Assembly: GCA_963789955.1 (NCBI GenBank)
Contig: CAWBMV010000027.1
Coordinates: 1 to 36,313, forward strand
Reading direction: 5' to 3'
Length of the DNA stretch: 36,313 nt
Origin: an uncultured Candidatus Rokubacteria bacterium
GTDB taxonomy: Bacteria; Methylomirabilota; Methylomirabilia; Rokubacteriales; CSP1-6
Shown here piece after piece: positions 9,848 through 19,241 of this stretch (positions are counted from its first letter, which is position 1; each line of letters opens with the position of its first letter). The notes under the pieces were generated by a model, which was not told the DNA's origin, did no database searches, and was given only the letters and a program-made list of their open reading frames with translations. Both the position numbers and the translations under genes were made by a program.

Positions 9848-10922
9848 ATGCAGTTCGGCCTGTTCATGATGCCGCTCCACCCGCCGCATCGCCCGTTCGC
9901 CGACGGCTACGAGCGCGACGTCGCCCAGATCGTGCTGGCCGATCAGCTCGGCTTCCGCGAGGTCTGGGTGGGCGAGCACCTGACCGAGCGCTGGGAGAAC
10001 GCGCCGGCGCCCGATCTGCTCCTCGCCCAGGCGCTGGCGCTGACGAAGACGCGTGCGGCTCGGGACGGGCGTGACGTTGCTCGCGCTCCACAATCCGGTC
10101 TACCTCGCGCACCGGCTCGCGATGCTCGATCACATGGCGCGCGGCCGGTTCCAGTGGGGCATCGGAGGCGGCGGTATCCCGACGGATCTCTCGCTCTTCG
10201 GGCTGGAGCCGTCGACCGTCCGGGCCCGCTCGGCCGAGGTGCTCGACGTCGTGCTCAAGCTCTGGGCGTCCGACGGCCGGTTCACGTACCGGGGAAAGTT
10301 CTTCGACATCGACACCCCCGTGTTCGACCCGGTCAAGGACCGCGGCTACTACATGAAGCCCTATCAGCGACCGCATCCGCCCATCGCGGTGGCGGCCAGT
10401 ACGCCCAGCTCGAGCTCGATGCGCATGGCGGGCGAGCGCGGGTGGATCCCGATGTCGAGCTCGCTGCTCTCGCGCGCGTTTCTGGCCGATCACTGGCGCC
10501 TGGTCGAGTCCGGGGCCGCGGATGCCGGCCGCGCGGCGGCGCGGAGCGAGTGGCGCATCGCGCGCGACATCCTGGTCGCGCCCACGTCCGCGAAGGCGCG
10601 CGAGCGGGCCCGCGCGGTCATGGGCCGCAACTACGTGCAGCACCAGTATCCCAATCGCATCGGCACGGCGCAGATGGCGTCGACCAAGCTCGAGCCGTCG
10701 ATGGCCGACGAGGCGGTGACGGTCGACTACTTGATGGAGAACGTGTGGATCGTCGGTGATCCCTCGGAATGTGCCGACAAGATTCGCCAGCTTCACGAGG
10801 AGAGCGGCGGCTTCGGCGCGCTGCTCACGATCACGACGGACTCGGACGATGCCGGGTGGGATCACGAAAGCCTGCGCCTCCTGATGGAGGACGTGGCGCC
10901 ACGGGTCGCCGACCTGGGATAA
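9848..10922 (+). CDS. LLM-class flavin-dependent monooxygenase (limonene/diketocamphane monooxygenase-like; frameshift near 10050)
   Basis: MQFGLFMMPLHPP, ADQLGFREVWVGEH, RLGTGV, LDHMARGRFQWGIGGG, KPYQRPHPPI. Confidence 0.85.
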
Positions 10923-10952
10923 CGCGCGCCGACGAAAGAAGGAGATAGAGCC

Positions 10953-11336
10953 ATGGCCTACCGCTACGACCACATGCATCTGCGCACGCGCGACGTGAAG
11001 AAGACCGCCGAGTACTATCAGCGCGTATTCGGCGCCAAGATCCTCGAGTCGATCCAGTCGGACGGCAAGCCGCGCACCGATCTCGATCTGGACGGGCTGA
11101 CGATCTTCATCGCGCCGGTCGCGCCCGAGGCCGCGATCCCGTCCGCGCCGACCGAGCCCTACATCGGCCTCGATCACTTCGGGCTTCGCGTCGACAACAT
11201 GGAGACGGCCGTCGCCGAGCTCAAGCGCCGCGGGGCCACCTTCAAGATGGAGCCGCGCACGATCCGGCCCGGCGTGAAGATCGCCTTCATCGAGGCGCCC
11301 GACAACGTGCGGATCGAGCTGCTCGAGCGCACCTAG
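10953..11336 (+). CDS. VOC/glyoxalase family protein
   Basis: DHMHLRTRD, GLDHFGLRV, IAFIEAPDNVRIELLE. AAGGAG RBS. Confidence 0.9.
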   Translation: MAYRYDHMHLRTRDVKKTAEYYQRVFGAKILESIQSDGKPRTDLDLDGLTIFIAPVAPEAAIPSAPTEPYIGLDHFGLRVDNMETAVAELKRRGATFKMEPRTIRPGVKIAFIEAPDNVRIELLERT

Positions 11337-11347
11337 CCGGGCCCGTC

Positions 11348-11866
11348 ATGATCTACATGGTCGAGATGGCGCTGCTCGACACCGCGCGCCGCGCCGAATG
11401 GGAGGCGTGGTACGTGGCCCACCAGAAGAAGCTCCTCGCGATCCCGGGCATCCACGCCAGCCAGCGCTTCGAGACGATCCACAAGGCCGACTCGCCCTTC
11501 GTCGCGCTGCACGAGGTCGACTCGCCGGACGTCTTCACCAGCCCGGCCTATCGCGCCCAGGCCGGACCGACCAATACCGGCGAGTGGCAGGCCAGGATGA
11601 ACAACTGGCATCGCAACGTGTTCGACGGCATCGCGCACACCCCGGACGTGTCGACGGACTCGCGCCTGCTGGTCGTCGAGGCCGACGGCGGCTCGGCGCT
11701 GCCCGGAGGCGTGCGCGTGGAGTGGATGACGGCCGTGGGACTCGATCGGAACGTGGCCAAGCGCGGCCTGGCGGTCGTGCCGGACGCCGTCGCCCATCGA
11801 TTCGTCGGCGCGCCGCGTGTGCGCGTGCTCAAGCCGCTCGGGCCTCGCCTTCGCGGCGCGAGCTGA
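11348..11866 (+). CDS. Hypothetical protein with EthD-like/dimeric alpha-beta barrel N-terminal domain
   Basis: EWEAWYVAH...IPGIHASQRF...FVALHEVDSPDVFTSPAY pattern. Spacing is operonic. Confidence 0.6.
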   Translation: MIYMVEMALLDTARRAEWEAWYVAHQKKLLAIPGIHASQRFETIHKADSPFVALHEVDSPDVFTSPAYRAQAGPTNTGEWQARMNNWHRNVFDGIAHTPDVSTDSRLLVVEADGGSALPGGVRVEWMTAVGLDRNVAKRGLAVVPDAVAHRFVGAPRVRVLKPLGPRLRGAS

Positions 11867-11885
11867 CCAGTCCAAAGGAGATCGC

Positions 11886-12345
11886 ATGATCCGCACGATC
11901 GCTCTCGCCGCCGCCGCGCTCGCCGTGGTCCTCGTCGTACCGTCGAGCTACGGCGCCGGAGACATCGACCGCACCGCGGTCGACTTCAAGATCCCGTCGG
12001 AGATCAAATGGGTGAAGAACGCGGCCGGGACGAACGAATCGCGCCGTGCTCTTCGGCGACCCGAGCAAGCCGGGGCCCTACGTCGTGCGGGTGAAGTGGT
12101 TCCCCGGCAACATGAGCCGGCCGCACTTCCATCCCAACGACCGGTTCTTCGCGGTGCTCTCGGGCACCTGGTGGATGGGCACCGGCGAGACGTTCGACCC
12201 GGAGAGCACGGTGCCGGCGCCGGCGGGCAGCTACGTGATCCACTACGGCGGCAAGGTGCACTACGACGGCGCGAAGCACGAGGAGACGATCATTCAGGTG
12301 TGGGGCATGGGCCCCGCGACCTCGACGCCGGCCGAGAAACGCTAG
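11886..12345 (+). CDS. Exported cupin-domain protein (frameshift near 12043)
   Basis: AAGGAG RBS, signal peptide, LFGDPSKPGPYVVR, SRPHFHPNDR, VHYDGAK. Confidence 0.8.
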
Positions 12346-12362
12346 CCGACCCGGGACCCGAG

Positions 12363-13621
12363 CTACTTCGCCGGAGCCGGCTCGGCGCGCCAGATTCGGC
12401 GTGCGCCGGCCGTGTCGATCCTGAGCGCGACGACCGACGCGGCGCCAAGAACACGCACGCGACCGCGAACGCCGCGCCGTAGCCGCCGGTCGCTTCGAAG
12501 AGCGCGCCGGCGAGCGACGAGCCGATCGCGGCGCCGGTCTGGTGCACGAGGAAGATCACGCCGAGCACGGGGCTCACCGAGAAGCGTCCCCAGATGTCGG
12601 CGGTGAGCGCGGAGGTCATCGAGCCCGTCCCCGCCATCGTGATCCCGCCCAGGACGGCGACCATGATGATCGCGGCCGGATTGTCGCGGATCAGGAAGAA
12701 GCCGGAGAAGATCAGCACGCGCCCCGCGTAGATCCCGGCCAGGACGGGACGGCGTCCGAACCGATCGGACAAGGTGCCGAGCATCACGGTGCAGCCAATC
12801 GCCGAGCCGCCGAGCACGCCAAAGGCCCACGAGGCGAACATCGGCGTATAGCCGTGGTCGGTGAGCATCGGGATGCCGTGCGCGGAGAGCAAGCTCATCG
12901 AGAAGCCACAGGTGAAGAACGACCCGGCGAGCTGCCAGAAGGCGAGCGTCTGCATGGCCGTGGTCGCGCTCACCCGCTCGCGCGATGTCGCGGCGGCAGT
13001 CTTCGCATCGAGCTCCGCGCCGTCGGGCGTGAGTCCCATCTGCTCCGGTGACTCGCGAATCACCCAGAGCGCGACCGGCAGGATAGCGACGAGGACCAGT
13101 CCGGCGATGGCCACGTACGTGAACCGCCAGCCCTTCGTGAGAATGAGCCAGGTCACGAGCGGCACCAGGAGACTCATGCCCGTCATCGACGCGCTGCCGA
13201 GCAGCGAGAGCGCGGTGCCGCGCCGTTTGTTGAACCAGCGCGCGACCACTCCGGAGGCCATCACCGGTCCGGTGACCGCGAGCCCGAGCGGCAGGATCAC
13301 GCCGTAGACGACCGCGAACTGCCAGAAGGTGTGGACCTGCGCCGTCAGCACGAGCGATCCGACCAGCAAGACCGTCCCGACGGACGCGGTGAGCCGCGCG
13401 CCGAATCGATCGAGCGCCAGACCGACGAGCGGGCCGAACACGCCGTAGAGGAAGAGACTCACCGCGATCACGAGCGAGAAGCTCGCGCGATCGAGATTGA
13501 GATCGGCGACGATCGGCTTGAGAAACGGGCCCACCGCGTGGCGAATGCCGGTGGAGATGAACGTCATGAACGAGAAGCCGGCGACGACCCACCAGCCGTA
13601 AAACACCCGTCCTGTCCTCAT
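12363..13621 (-). CDS. MFS transporter (OFA/MCT-like; frameshift near the C-terminus, ~12455)
   Basis: FYGWWVV start, LDRFGAR and SDRFGRR motif A, ARWFNKRRGTA, about 12 hydrophobic segments. Confidence 0.9.
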
Positions 13622-13697
13622 TGACATCGACCAACTATACTCGTTCTGGCGACGGACGGCCCGATGATCCGCGACGCCACGAGGGGAGAGACCTTAC

Positions 13698-14666
13698 ATG
13701 TTGATGCGGAGGTTAGGTCGCACGGGGTTGCGCGTGTCGGCGCTGTGTCTCGGCGGCAACACGTTCGGCTGGACGACGGACCAGAAGGCGTCCGAGGCCG
13801 TGCTCGACGCCTACGTCGAGGCCGGCGGCAACTTCATCGACACCGCGGACGTGTACTCGCGCTGGGTGCCCGGCCACACGGGCGGCGAGTCCGAGGACGT
13901 GCTCGGCAAGTGGATGAAGGCGCGCGGCAATCGTCGCGCCGTCATCATCGCCACCAAGGTGATGGGGCCGATGGGGCCCGGGCCGAACGACACCGGGCTC
14001 TCGCGCCAGCACATCGTCGAGGGCGTCGAGGACTCGCTGCGGCGTCTGCAGACCGACTTCATCGATCTCTACCAGGCGCACTGGGACGATCGGGACACGC
14101 CGCTCGAGGAAACCTTGCGCGCGTTCGACGATCTCGTGCGCCAGGGCAAGGTGCGCTACATCGGCGCCTCGAACTACCACGCGTGGCGGCTGACGCGCGC
14201 GCTGTGGGAAAGCGACCGGCGCGCCTACGTGCGCTACGAGTCGATCCAGCCGAAATACAATCTCGTGTTCCGTGACGAGTACGAGCGCGAGCTCGAGCCG
14301 CTCTGCCTGGAGCAGTCGATCGGCGTCATCCCCTACTCCTCGCTCGGCAGCGGCTTTCTCTCCGGCAAGTACCATCGGGGCCGCGATCTTCCGAAGACCG
14401 CGCGCGCCGGCAACGTCCAGAAGACCTACATGACCGATCGCGGGTTCACGGTGCTCGAGGCGGTCGAGAAGGTCGCGGCGGCCGCGGGCGCCACCCCGGC
14501 GCAGGTCGCGCTGTCCTGGCTCGCGCATCGCCCGGGTATCACCGCGCCCATCGCCAGCGCGACGTCGGTGGCGCAGCTCAAGGAGCTGGTCGGCGGGATC
14601 GAGCTCCAGCTCGAGCCGGACGCGCGCGCGACGCTCGATCGCGCGAGCGCCTGGCAGGAAGGCTAG
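13698..14666 (+). CDS. Aldo/keto reductase
   Basis: LGRTGLRVSALCLG, NFIDTADVY, IIATK, DLYQAHW, GKVRYIGASN. Confidence 0.95.
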   Translation: MLMRRLGRTGLRVSALCLGGNTFGWTTDQKASEAVLDAYVEAGGNFIDTADVYSRWVPGHTGGESEDVLGKWMKARGNRRAVIIATKVMGPMGPGPNDTGLSRQHIVEGVEDSLRRLQTDFIDLYQAHWDDRDTPLEETLRAFDDLVRQGKVRYIGASNYHAWRLTRALWESDRRAYVRYESIQPKYNLVFRDEYERELEPLCLEQSIGVIPYSSLGSGFLSGKYHRGRDLPKTARAGNVQKTYMTDRGFTVLEAVEKVAAAAGATPAQVALSWLAHRPGITAPIASATSVAQLKELVGGIELQLEPDARATLDRASAWQEG

Positions 14667-14679
14667 CGAGCGGACACGT

Positions 14680-14925
14680 TCATCCGCCCGCGATCTGCGG
14701 GAGAATGAAAACTTCGCTGTCGGGGCCGATCGGCTCGAGCAGGGTCTCTTGGTAGATCTGGCCGTCGATGGCGACGGCCACGCCTTCCTGAAGATGGGGA
14801 CCGAGCTCGGGATGAAGCTCGGTGAGCCGGTCGAAGAGCTGTTTGATGGACGTCGCCGAGACGTTGAACTCGGCGACGCCCCCCGTCAGCTGCGCGAGGT
14901 TGCCGATCAGGACAACCCGCGCGAT
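14680..14925 (-). CDS. moaD: MoaD/ThiS family sulfur-carrier protein (81 aa; not in the ORF track; first codon reads ATC)
   Basis: Hand translation: (M/I)ARVVLIGNLAQLTGGVAEFNVSATSIKQLFDRLTELHPELGPHLQEGVAVAIDGQIYQETLLEPIGPDSEVFILPQIAGG*. Ubiquitin-like size with C-terminal GG. Confidence 0.85.
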   Translation of the reverse strand: MARVVLIGNLAQLTGGVAEFNVSATSIKQLFDRLTELHPELGPHLQEGVAVAIDGQIYQETLLEPIGPDSEVFILPQIAGG

Positions 14926-14932
14926 TTCTAAT

Positions 14933-15004
14933 TCTGGGGGCCCCGAAATGGCCCCCAGACCCCCACGCTCGTCACGCCCCGGGGAACCCGGGGCGCTCCT
15001 CGAT
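14933..15004. repeat. GC-rich double-hairpin intergenic (REP-like) element
   Basis: Two perfect stems: tctgggggcc-ccgaaat-ggcccccaga (14933-14959) and cgccccggg-gaa-cccggggcg (14975-14995). Confidence 0.65.
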
Positions 15005-15021
15005 TTCGCATCATTTGCTCG

Positions 15022-17318
15022 TCAGCTCTTGCCGCTGGCGGCCTTTTCCTTCAGCGCCTTCAGCACCTTCGGCGGTGACATCGGAAGCTCGGTGAAGCGG
15101 ATGCCGGTCGCCTGCTCCATCGCGTTGGCGATCGCGCCGAGCGGCGGTACGATCGGCGTCTCGCCGACGCCGCGCACGCCGTACGGATGCTTCGGGTTCG
15201 CGACCTCGACCAGGATCGCGTCGATCATCGGCACGTCGGAGGCCACCGGCATCCGGTAGTCGAGGAAGCCCGCGTTCTGGAGCTTGCCGTCCTCGCCGTA
15301 GATGTATTCCTCGTTCAGCGCCCAGCCGATGCCCTGGACGGCGCCGCCCTGGAACTGCCCCTCGACGTAGGCGGGATGCAGCGCCTTCCCCGCGTCCTGC
15401 GCGACCGTGTAACGCAGAATCGTCACGCGGCCGGTCTCCGGATCGACCTCGAGATCGACCAGGTGCGTGCCGAGGCTCGGGCCGGCGCCCTGGGCGTTGA
15501 TGCGCCCGTAGCCGCCGATCGGGCCGCCCAGTCTTGCCCGCGATCTTCGCGAAGTCGGCGATCGACATCGGCTTGAACTTCTCCGCGGCGGCGCCGAGCG
15601 CCTTCACGGAGCCGTGCGAGAACTCGACCTGGTCCGGCTTGAGCTCCCAGAGCTTGGCCGCGCGCGCGCAGAGCTCGGTCTTGATCTGCTTGGCCGCCTC
15701 GACGATCGCCATCGAGCCCGAGAACGCCGAGCGGCTGCCGCCGGTGAGGAACGTGAAGCCGAGCGAGCCGGTATCGCCGATGATCGGCCGCACCTTGTCG
15801 TAGGGGATCCCGAGCTCGTCGGCGACGACGTTCGTGAGCGCGGCGCGCAGCCCGCCGATGTCCGGCGTGCCGGCCATCAGGGACACGGTGCCGTCCTCGT
15901 TGATCGTCAGGGACGCGCAGGTCTCGCCGCCGATGTTGAACCAGAAGCCCGAGGCGACGCCGCGGCCCTGCCACTTGCGGAGCGGCGTGTTCCAATGTTC
16001 GGTCTTCTTGATCGAGTTGAGCGTCTCTTCGAGACCGAGCGGGCCGAACTTCGGACCGTACGCGGCCTTGGTGCCCTCGCGCGCCGCGTTCATCATGCGG
16101 AGCTGGATTCCGTCGATTCCGAGCTTCTTGGCGATCTCGTCCACTACGCTCTCGACGGCGAACTCGGAGATCGGCGCACCGGGCGCGCGGTAGGCCGCCA
16201 CCTTCGGGCGGTTGGAGACGACGTCGTAGCCGATGACCTTGACGTTCTCCATGTCGTACGGCGCGTAGGCGCAGAAGACGCCAGGCTGCACCGGCGAGCC
16301 CTGGAAGGCGCCCGCCTGGTACTTGAGCTCGGCGAAGCCGGCGACGAACTTGCCGTCCTTCGTCGCGCCCATCTTGACCTTGACGGTGGCGCCCGAGGTC
16401 GGGCCCGAAGCCTTGAAGACTTCCTCGCGCGACATGGCCATCTTCACCGGGCGCTTGGCCTTCTTCGAGAGCGCGAGGGCCAGTGGCTCGAGGTAGACGA
16501 CGGTCTTGCCGCCGAAGCCGCCGCCGATCTCGGAGGCGGTCACGCGGAGCTTGGCGATGTCCATCCCCAGGAGACGCGCGCAGTGGGCGCGCACGATGAA
16601 GTGGCCCTGCGTGCAGCACCACAGCTCGGCCGACCCGTCCTCGGACACGCTCGCCAGCGCCGCGTGGGGCTCGATGTAGCCCTGGTGCACCGGCGCGGTC
16701 TTGAACTCGCGCTCGACGATGACGTCGGCCTTCTTGAACCCGGCCTCGATGTCGCCCAGGTTGATCTCGATCCGCTTGGCGATGTTCGAGGGCTTGTCGG
16801 GCTTGGGCTCGACGCCGGCGGTGAAGAGATCGTCGTGCAGCAGCGGCGCGCCCGGCTTCATCGCCTCGACGACGTCGATCACGTGCGGGAGCACCTCGTA
16901 CTTCACGTCGATGAGCTTGAGCGCCCGTCGGGCGATCGCCGCGCTCGTGGCGGCGACGGCGGCCACCGCGTGGCCTTCGTAGAGCACCTTCTCGCGCGCC
17001 ATCACGTTCCGGACGACGTCCTTGTAGTTCATCATCATCTCGCCGGCCGGGATGAACTCGGACGGCTGGTCCGGCGAAATCGTCGCGGGTGATCACGGCC
17101 TTCACGCCGGGCAGCGCCTCGGCCTTCGAGGTGTCGATCGAGACGATGCGCGCGTGCGGGTGCGGGCTGCGCAGCACCTTGCCGATGAGCTGGCCGGGCA
17201 GGCTGAAGTCGGCGCCGAAGCGCGCGCGCCCGGTCACCTTGTCGACGCCGTCCGGGCGGATCGTGCGGGTACCGACGTAGCCCTGCCCGTTGGTCCCGTT
17301 CGTGCCGTTCTCGGCCAT
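15022..17318 (-). CDS. Xanthine dehydrogenase family molybdopterin-binding (large) subunit (frameshifts near 17075 and 15530)
   Basis: DKVTGRARFGAD, LRSPHPHARI, HQGYIEPH, IGGGFGGK, AYRAPG, VEGQFQGGAVQGIG, GVRGVGE. Confidence 0.92.
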
Positions 17319-17320
17319 GG

Positions 17321-17797
17321 CTATCCCTTTCTCATCGTCGCGGCCGCGTCTTTCACCGCGCTCACAATTTTGTCGTAGCCCGTGCACCGGCAGAGGTTCC
17401 CGGCCAGCCAGTATCGGATCTCGTGCTCGCTCGGGTCGGGCGTGCGCTCGAGGAGCGCCTTGCCGGCCACCAGGAAGCCGGGCGTGCAGATGCCGCACTG
17501 AAGCGCCGCGTGCTCCAGGAACTTCTGCTGAAGCGGATGGAGCTTCTCGCCCTTGGCCAGGCCCTCGATCGTCTCGATGCGCCGTCCGCCGACCTCGCAG
17601 CCCAGCACGAGGCACGAGCAGACCAGCCGGCCGTCGAGGGTCACGCTGCAGGCGCCGCAGTCGCCCGAGGCGCAGCCTTCCTTGCTCCCGGTGAGCTGCA
17701 GGGTGTCGCGCAGCACGTCCAGGAGGGTTTCTTCGGTCTCGCAGAGAAACTCGACCGCGTCGCCGTTCACAACCGCTTCGACATGGTGCTTGGCCAT
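17321..17797 (-). CDS. XDH-family (2Fe-2S)-binding small subunit
   Basis: KEGCASGDCGACSV...CSC, QCGICTPG, GNLCRCTGY. Confidence 0.95.
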   Translation of the reverse strand: MAKHHVEAVVNGDAVEFLCETEETLLDVLRDTLQLTGSKEGCASGDCGACSVTLDGRLVCSCLVLGCEVGGRRIETIEGLAKGEKLHPLQQKFLEHAALQCGICTPGFLVAGKALLERTPDPSEHEIRYWLAGNLCRCTGYDKIVSAVKDAAATMRKG

Positions 17798-18657
17798 CAG
17801 CTCGTCCTCGCTCGGTCCAGCGCGATCAGGGCCGCTCGGCGCGTCAGCACCGCGGCCACGTCGGTTCGAAACTCGATCGTTCCTCGCTTGTCGTCGATCG
17901 GCCGGCAGGCCGCTCGCGCGGCGGCCTCGAGCCGCTGCTGCGCTGGCAGGTCGAGGCGGCTTCCGATGATCGCCTGCGCTGCCTCCGCGACGAGCAACAC
18001 CCGCGCGGCCACCGCGCCCAGCCCCACGCGCGCCGCCGTGATCGTACCGGCGCCGTCGAGGGTTAAGCTTACTCCCGCGCCGACCACGGCGATGTCCATT
18101 TCCGTCCGCGGGATGAAGCGCAGGTAGGCATCGGACGATCTCGGCGGGCGGGGCGGCAGCAGGAAGGAGACGACGATCTCCCCCTTGCGCAGGGCCAGCT
18201 TACGCGGCCCGAGCATGACGTCCTCGACCGGGAGATCGCGCCGGCCCTGCGGCCCGGCCAGGGTCGCGAGGGCCCCGGCGGCGATGAGCGCCGGCACGCT
18301 GTCGGCCGCCGGCGACCCGTTACAGAGGTTGCCCCCGAGGGTCGCGCGCCCCTGGACCTGGGTCGATCCGATGAGGTTCGCGGCCTCGACGACGCCCGGC
18401 CAGACGCGCTTGAGACGGGGGTGCTCCTTGAGCTCGGCGCCGGTTACCGCCGCCCCGATCCGCCAGCCGCCCTTTTCCTCAGTGATCGCGCGGGTCTCCG
18501 CGATCTTCTTGATGTCGACGATCAGGTCCGGATCGACGACGTCGGCACGCATCTGCACGAGCAGATCGGTGCCCCCCGCGAGCACACGCGCCTCGCCCGT
18601 GGCCGCCGACAGCAGGGCCACCGCTCCTTCAACTGAGTCCGGTGCTTCGTAGCGCAT
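17797..18657 (-). CDS. XDH-family FAD-binding medium subunit
   Basis: VLAGGTDL, IGSTQVQGRATLGGNLCNGSPAAD, PIDDKRGT. Confidence 0.95.
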   Translation of the reverse strand: MRYEAPDSVEGAVALLSAATGEARVLAGGTDLLVQMRADVVDPDLIVDIKKIAETRAITEEKGGWRIGAAVTGAELKEHPRLKRVWPGVVEAANLIGSTQVQGRATLGGNLCNGSPAADSVPALIAAGALATLAGPQGRRDLPVEDVMLGPRKLALRKGEIVVSFLLPPRPPRSSDAYLRFIPRTEMDIAVVGAGVSLTLDGAGTITAARVGLGAVAARVLLVAEAAQAIIGSRLDLPAQQRLEAAARAACRPIDDKRGTIEFRTDVAAVLTRRAALIALDRARTS

Positions 18658-18715
18658 GGGTTCTAGTCTCGCCTTTCGTAGTGTTCCGTAAATGCCCGAT
18701 GATGCTCAGGCCAGC

Positions 18716-18744
18716 ATAATCAATGAAGGCGCCACGCGTGTCAA
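18716..18744 (-). promoter_or_regulatory. Putative sigma70-type promoter of the Mo-hydroxylase operon
   Basis: Minus strand TTGACA-17 nt-GATTAT in an AT-richer intergenic gap. Confidence 0.45.
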
Positions 18745-18776
18745 CGGCGCGCGGCAACAGCGGGACCCGATTCCGG

Positions 18777-19216
18777 TCAGATGCGCTCGAGGACGACGAC
18801 CGGGATCTCGCGCGCGGTCCGCTGCTGGTACTCGACGTACGGCGGCCAGATGGCGGTCATCGTCTTCCAGAGCGCCGGCTTCTCGGCCGGGGTCGCGGTG
18901 CGGGCGCGCGCCTTGAACTTGTCCGCCATGACCTGCACCTGCACGACCGGCTGCGCGACGAGGTTCTCGTACCAGCTCGGGTGTGCCGGGGCGCCGCCGC
19001 GTGAGGCGACGACCAGGTAGCTTGTCGCCGGCACGACCGTAGATCAGCGGCGTCGTCCGCGGCTGGCCCGGAGCGCCGGCCGGTGGTGGTCAGGAGCAAC
19101 GTCGTGACGCCTTCCCAGATGTGACCGTCGCGGCCGTCGGTCTCGATGTAGCGTTTCGCGTGCGCCTGCTGCCAGCCGGGCGGCCGGCCGCCGGGTCCGG
19201 GTCGTGGTGTCGACAT
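18777..19216 (-). CDS. Deazaflavin (F420H2)-dependent nitroreductase/quinone reductase, Ddn family (frameshifted ~19025-19070)
   Basis: LLLTTTGRRSG, RTTPLIY, YLVVASRGGAPAHPSWYENL, YQQRTAREIPVVVL. Confidence 0.88.
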
Positions 19217-19241
19217 GCGGTCCTCCGTCTTTTCCGAGTAG

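Noticed and set aside
14749..14931. Plus-strand 60-aa ORF in the track
   Set aside because: It is the antisense shadow of the minus-strand MoaD/ThiS gene.
17281..17312. NGT-NGT-NGQ micro-repeat at the large-subunit N-terminus
   Set aside because: Short low-complexity tail with no evidence of phase variation.
15022..18657. Aerobic CO dehydrogenase coxMSL
   Set aside because: The active-site loop is AYRAPG, not AYxCSFR or AYxGAGR, and there are no coxDEFG genes.
18658..18776. Moco or xanthine riboswitch upstream of the Mo enzyme
   Set aside because: The leader after the predicted promoter is only ~50 nt with one small hairpin and no recognisable aptamer consensus.
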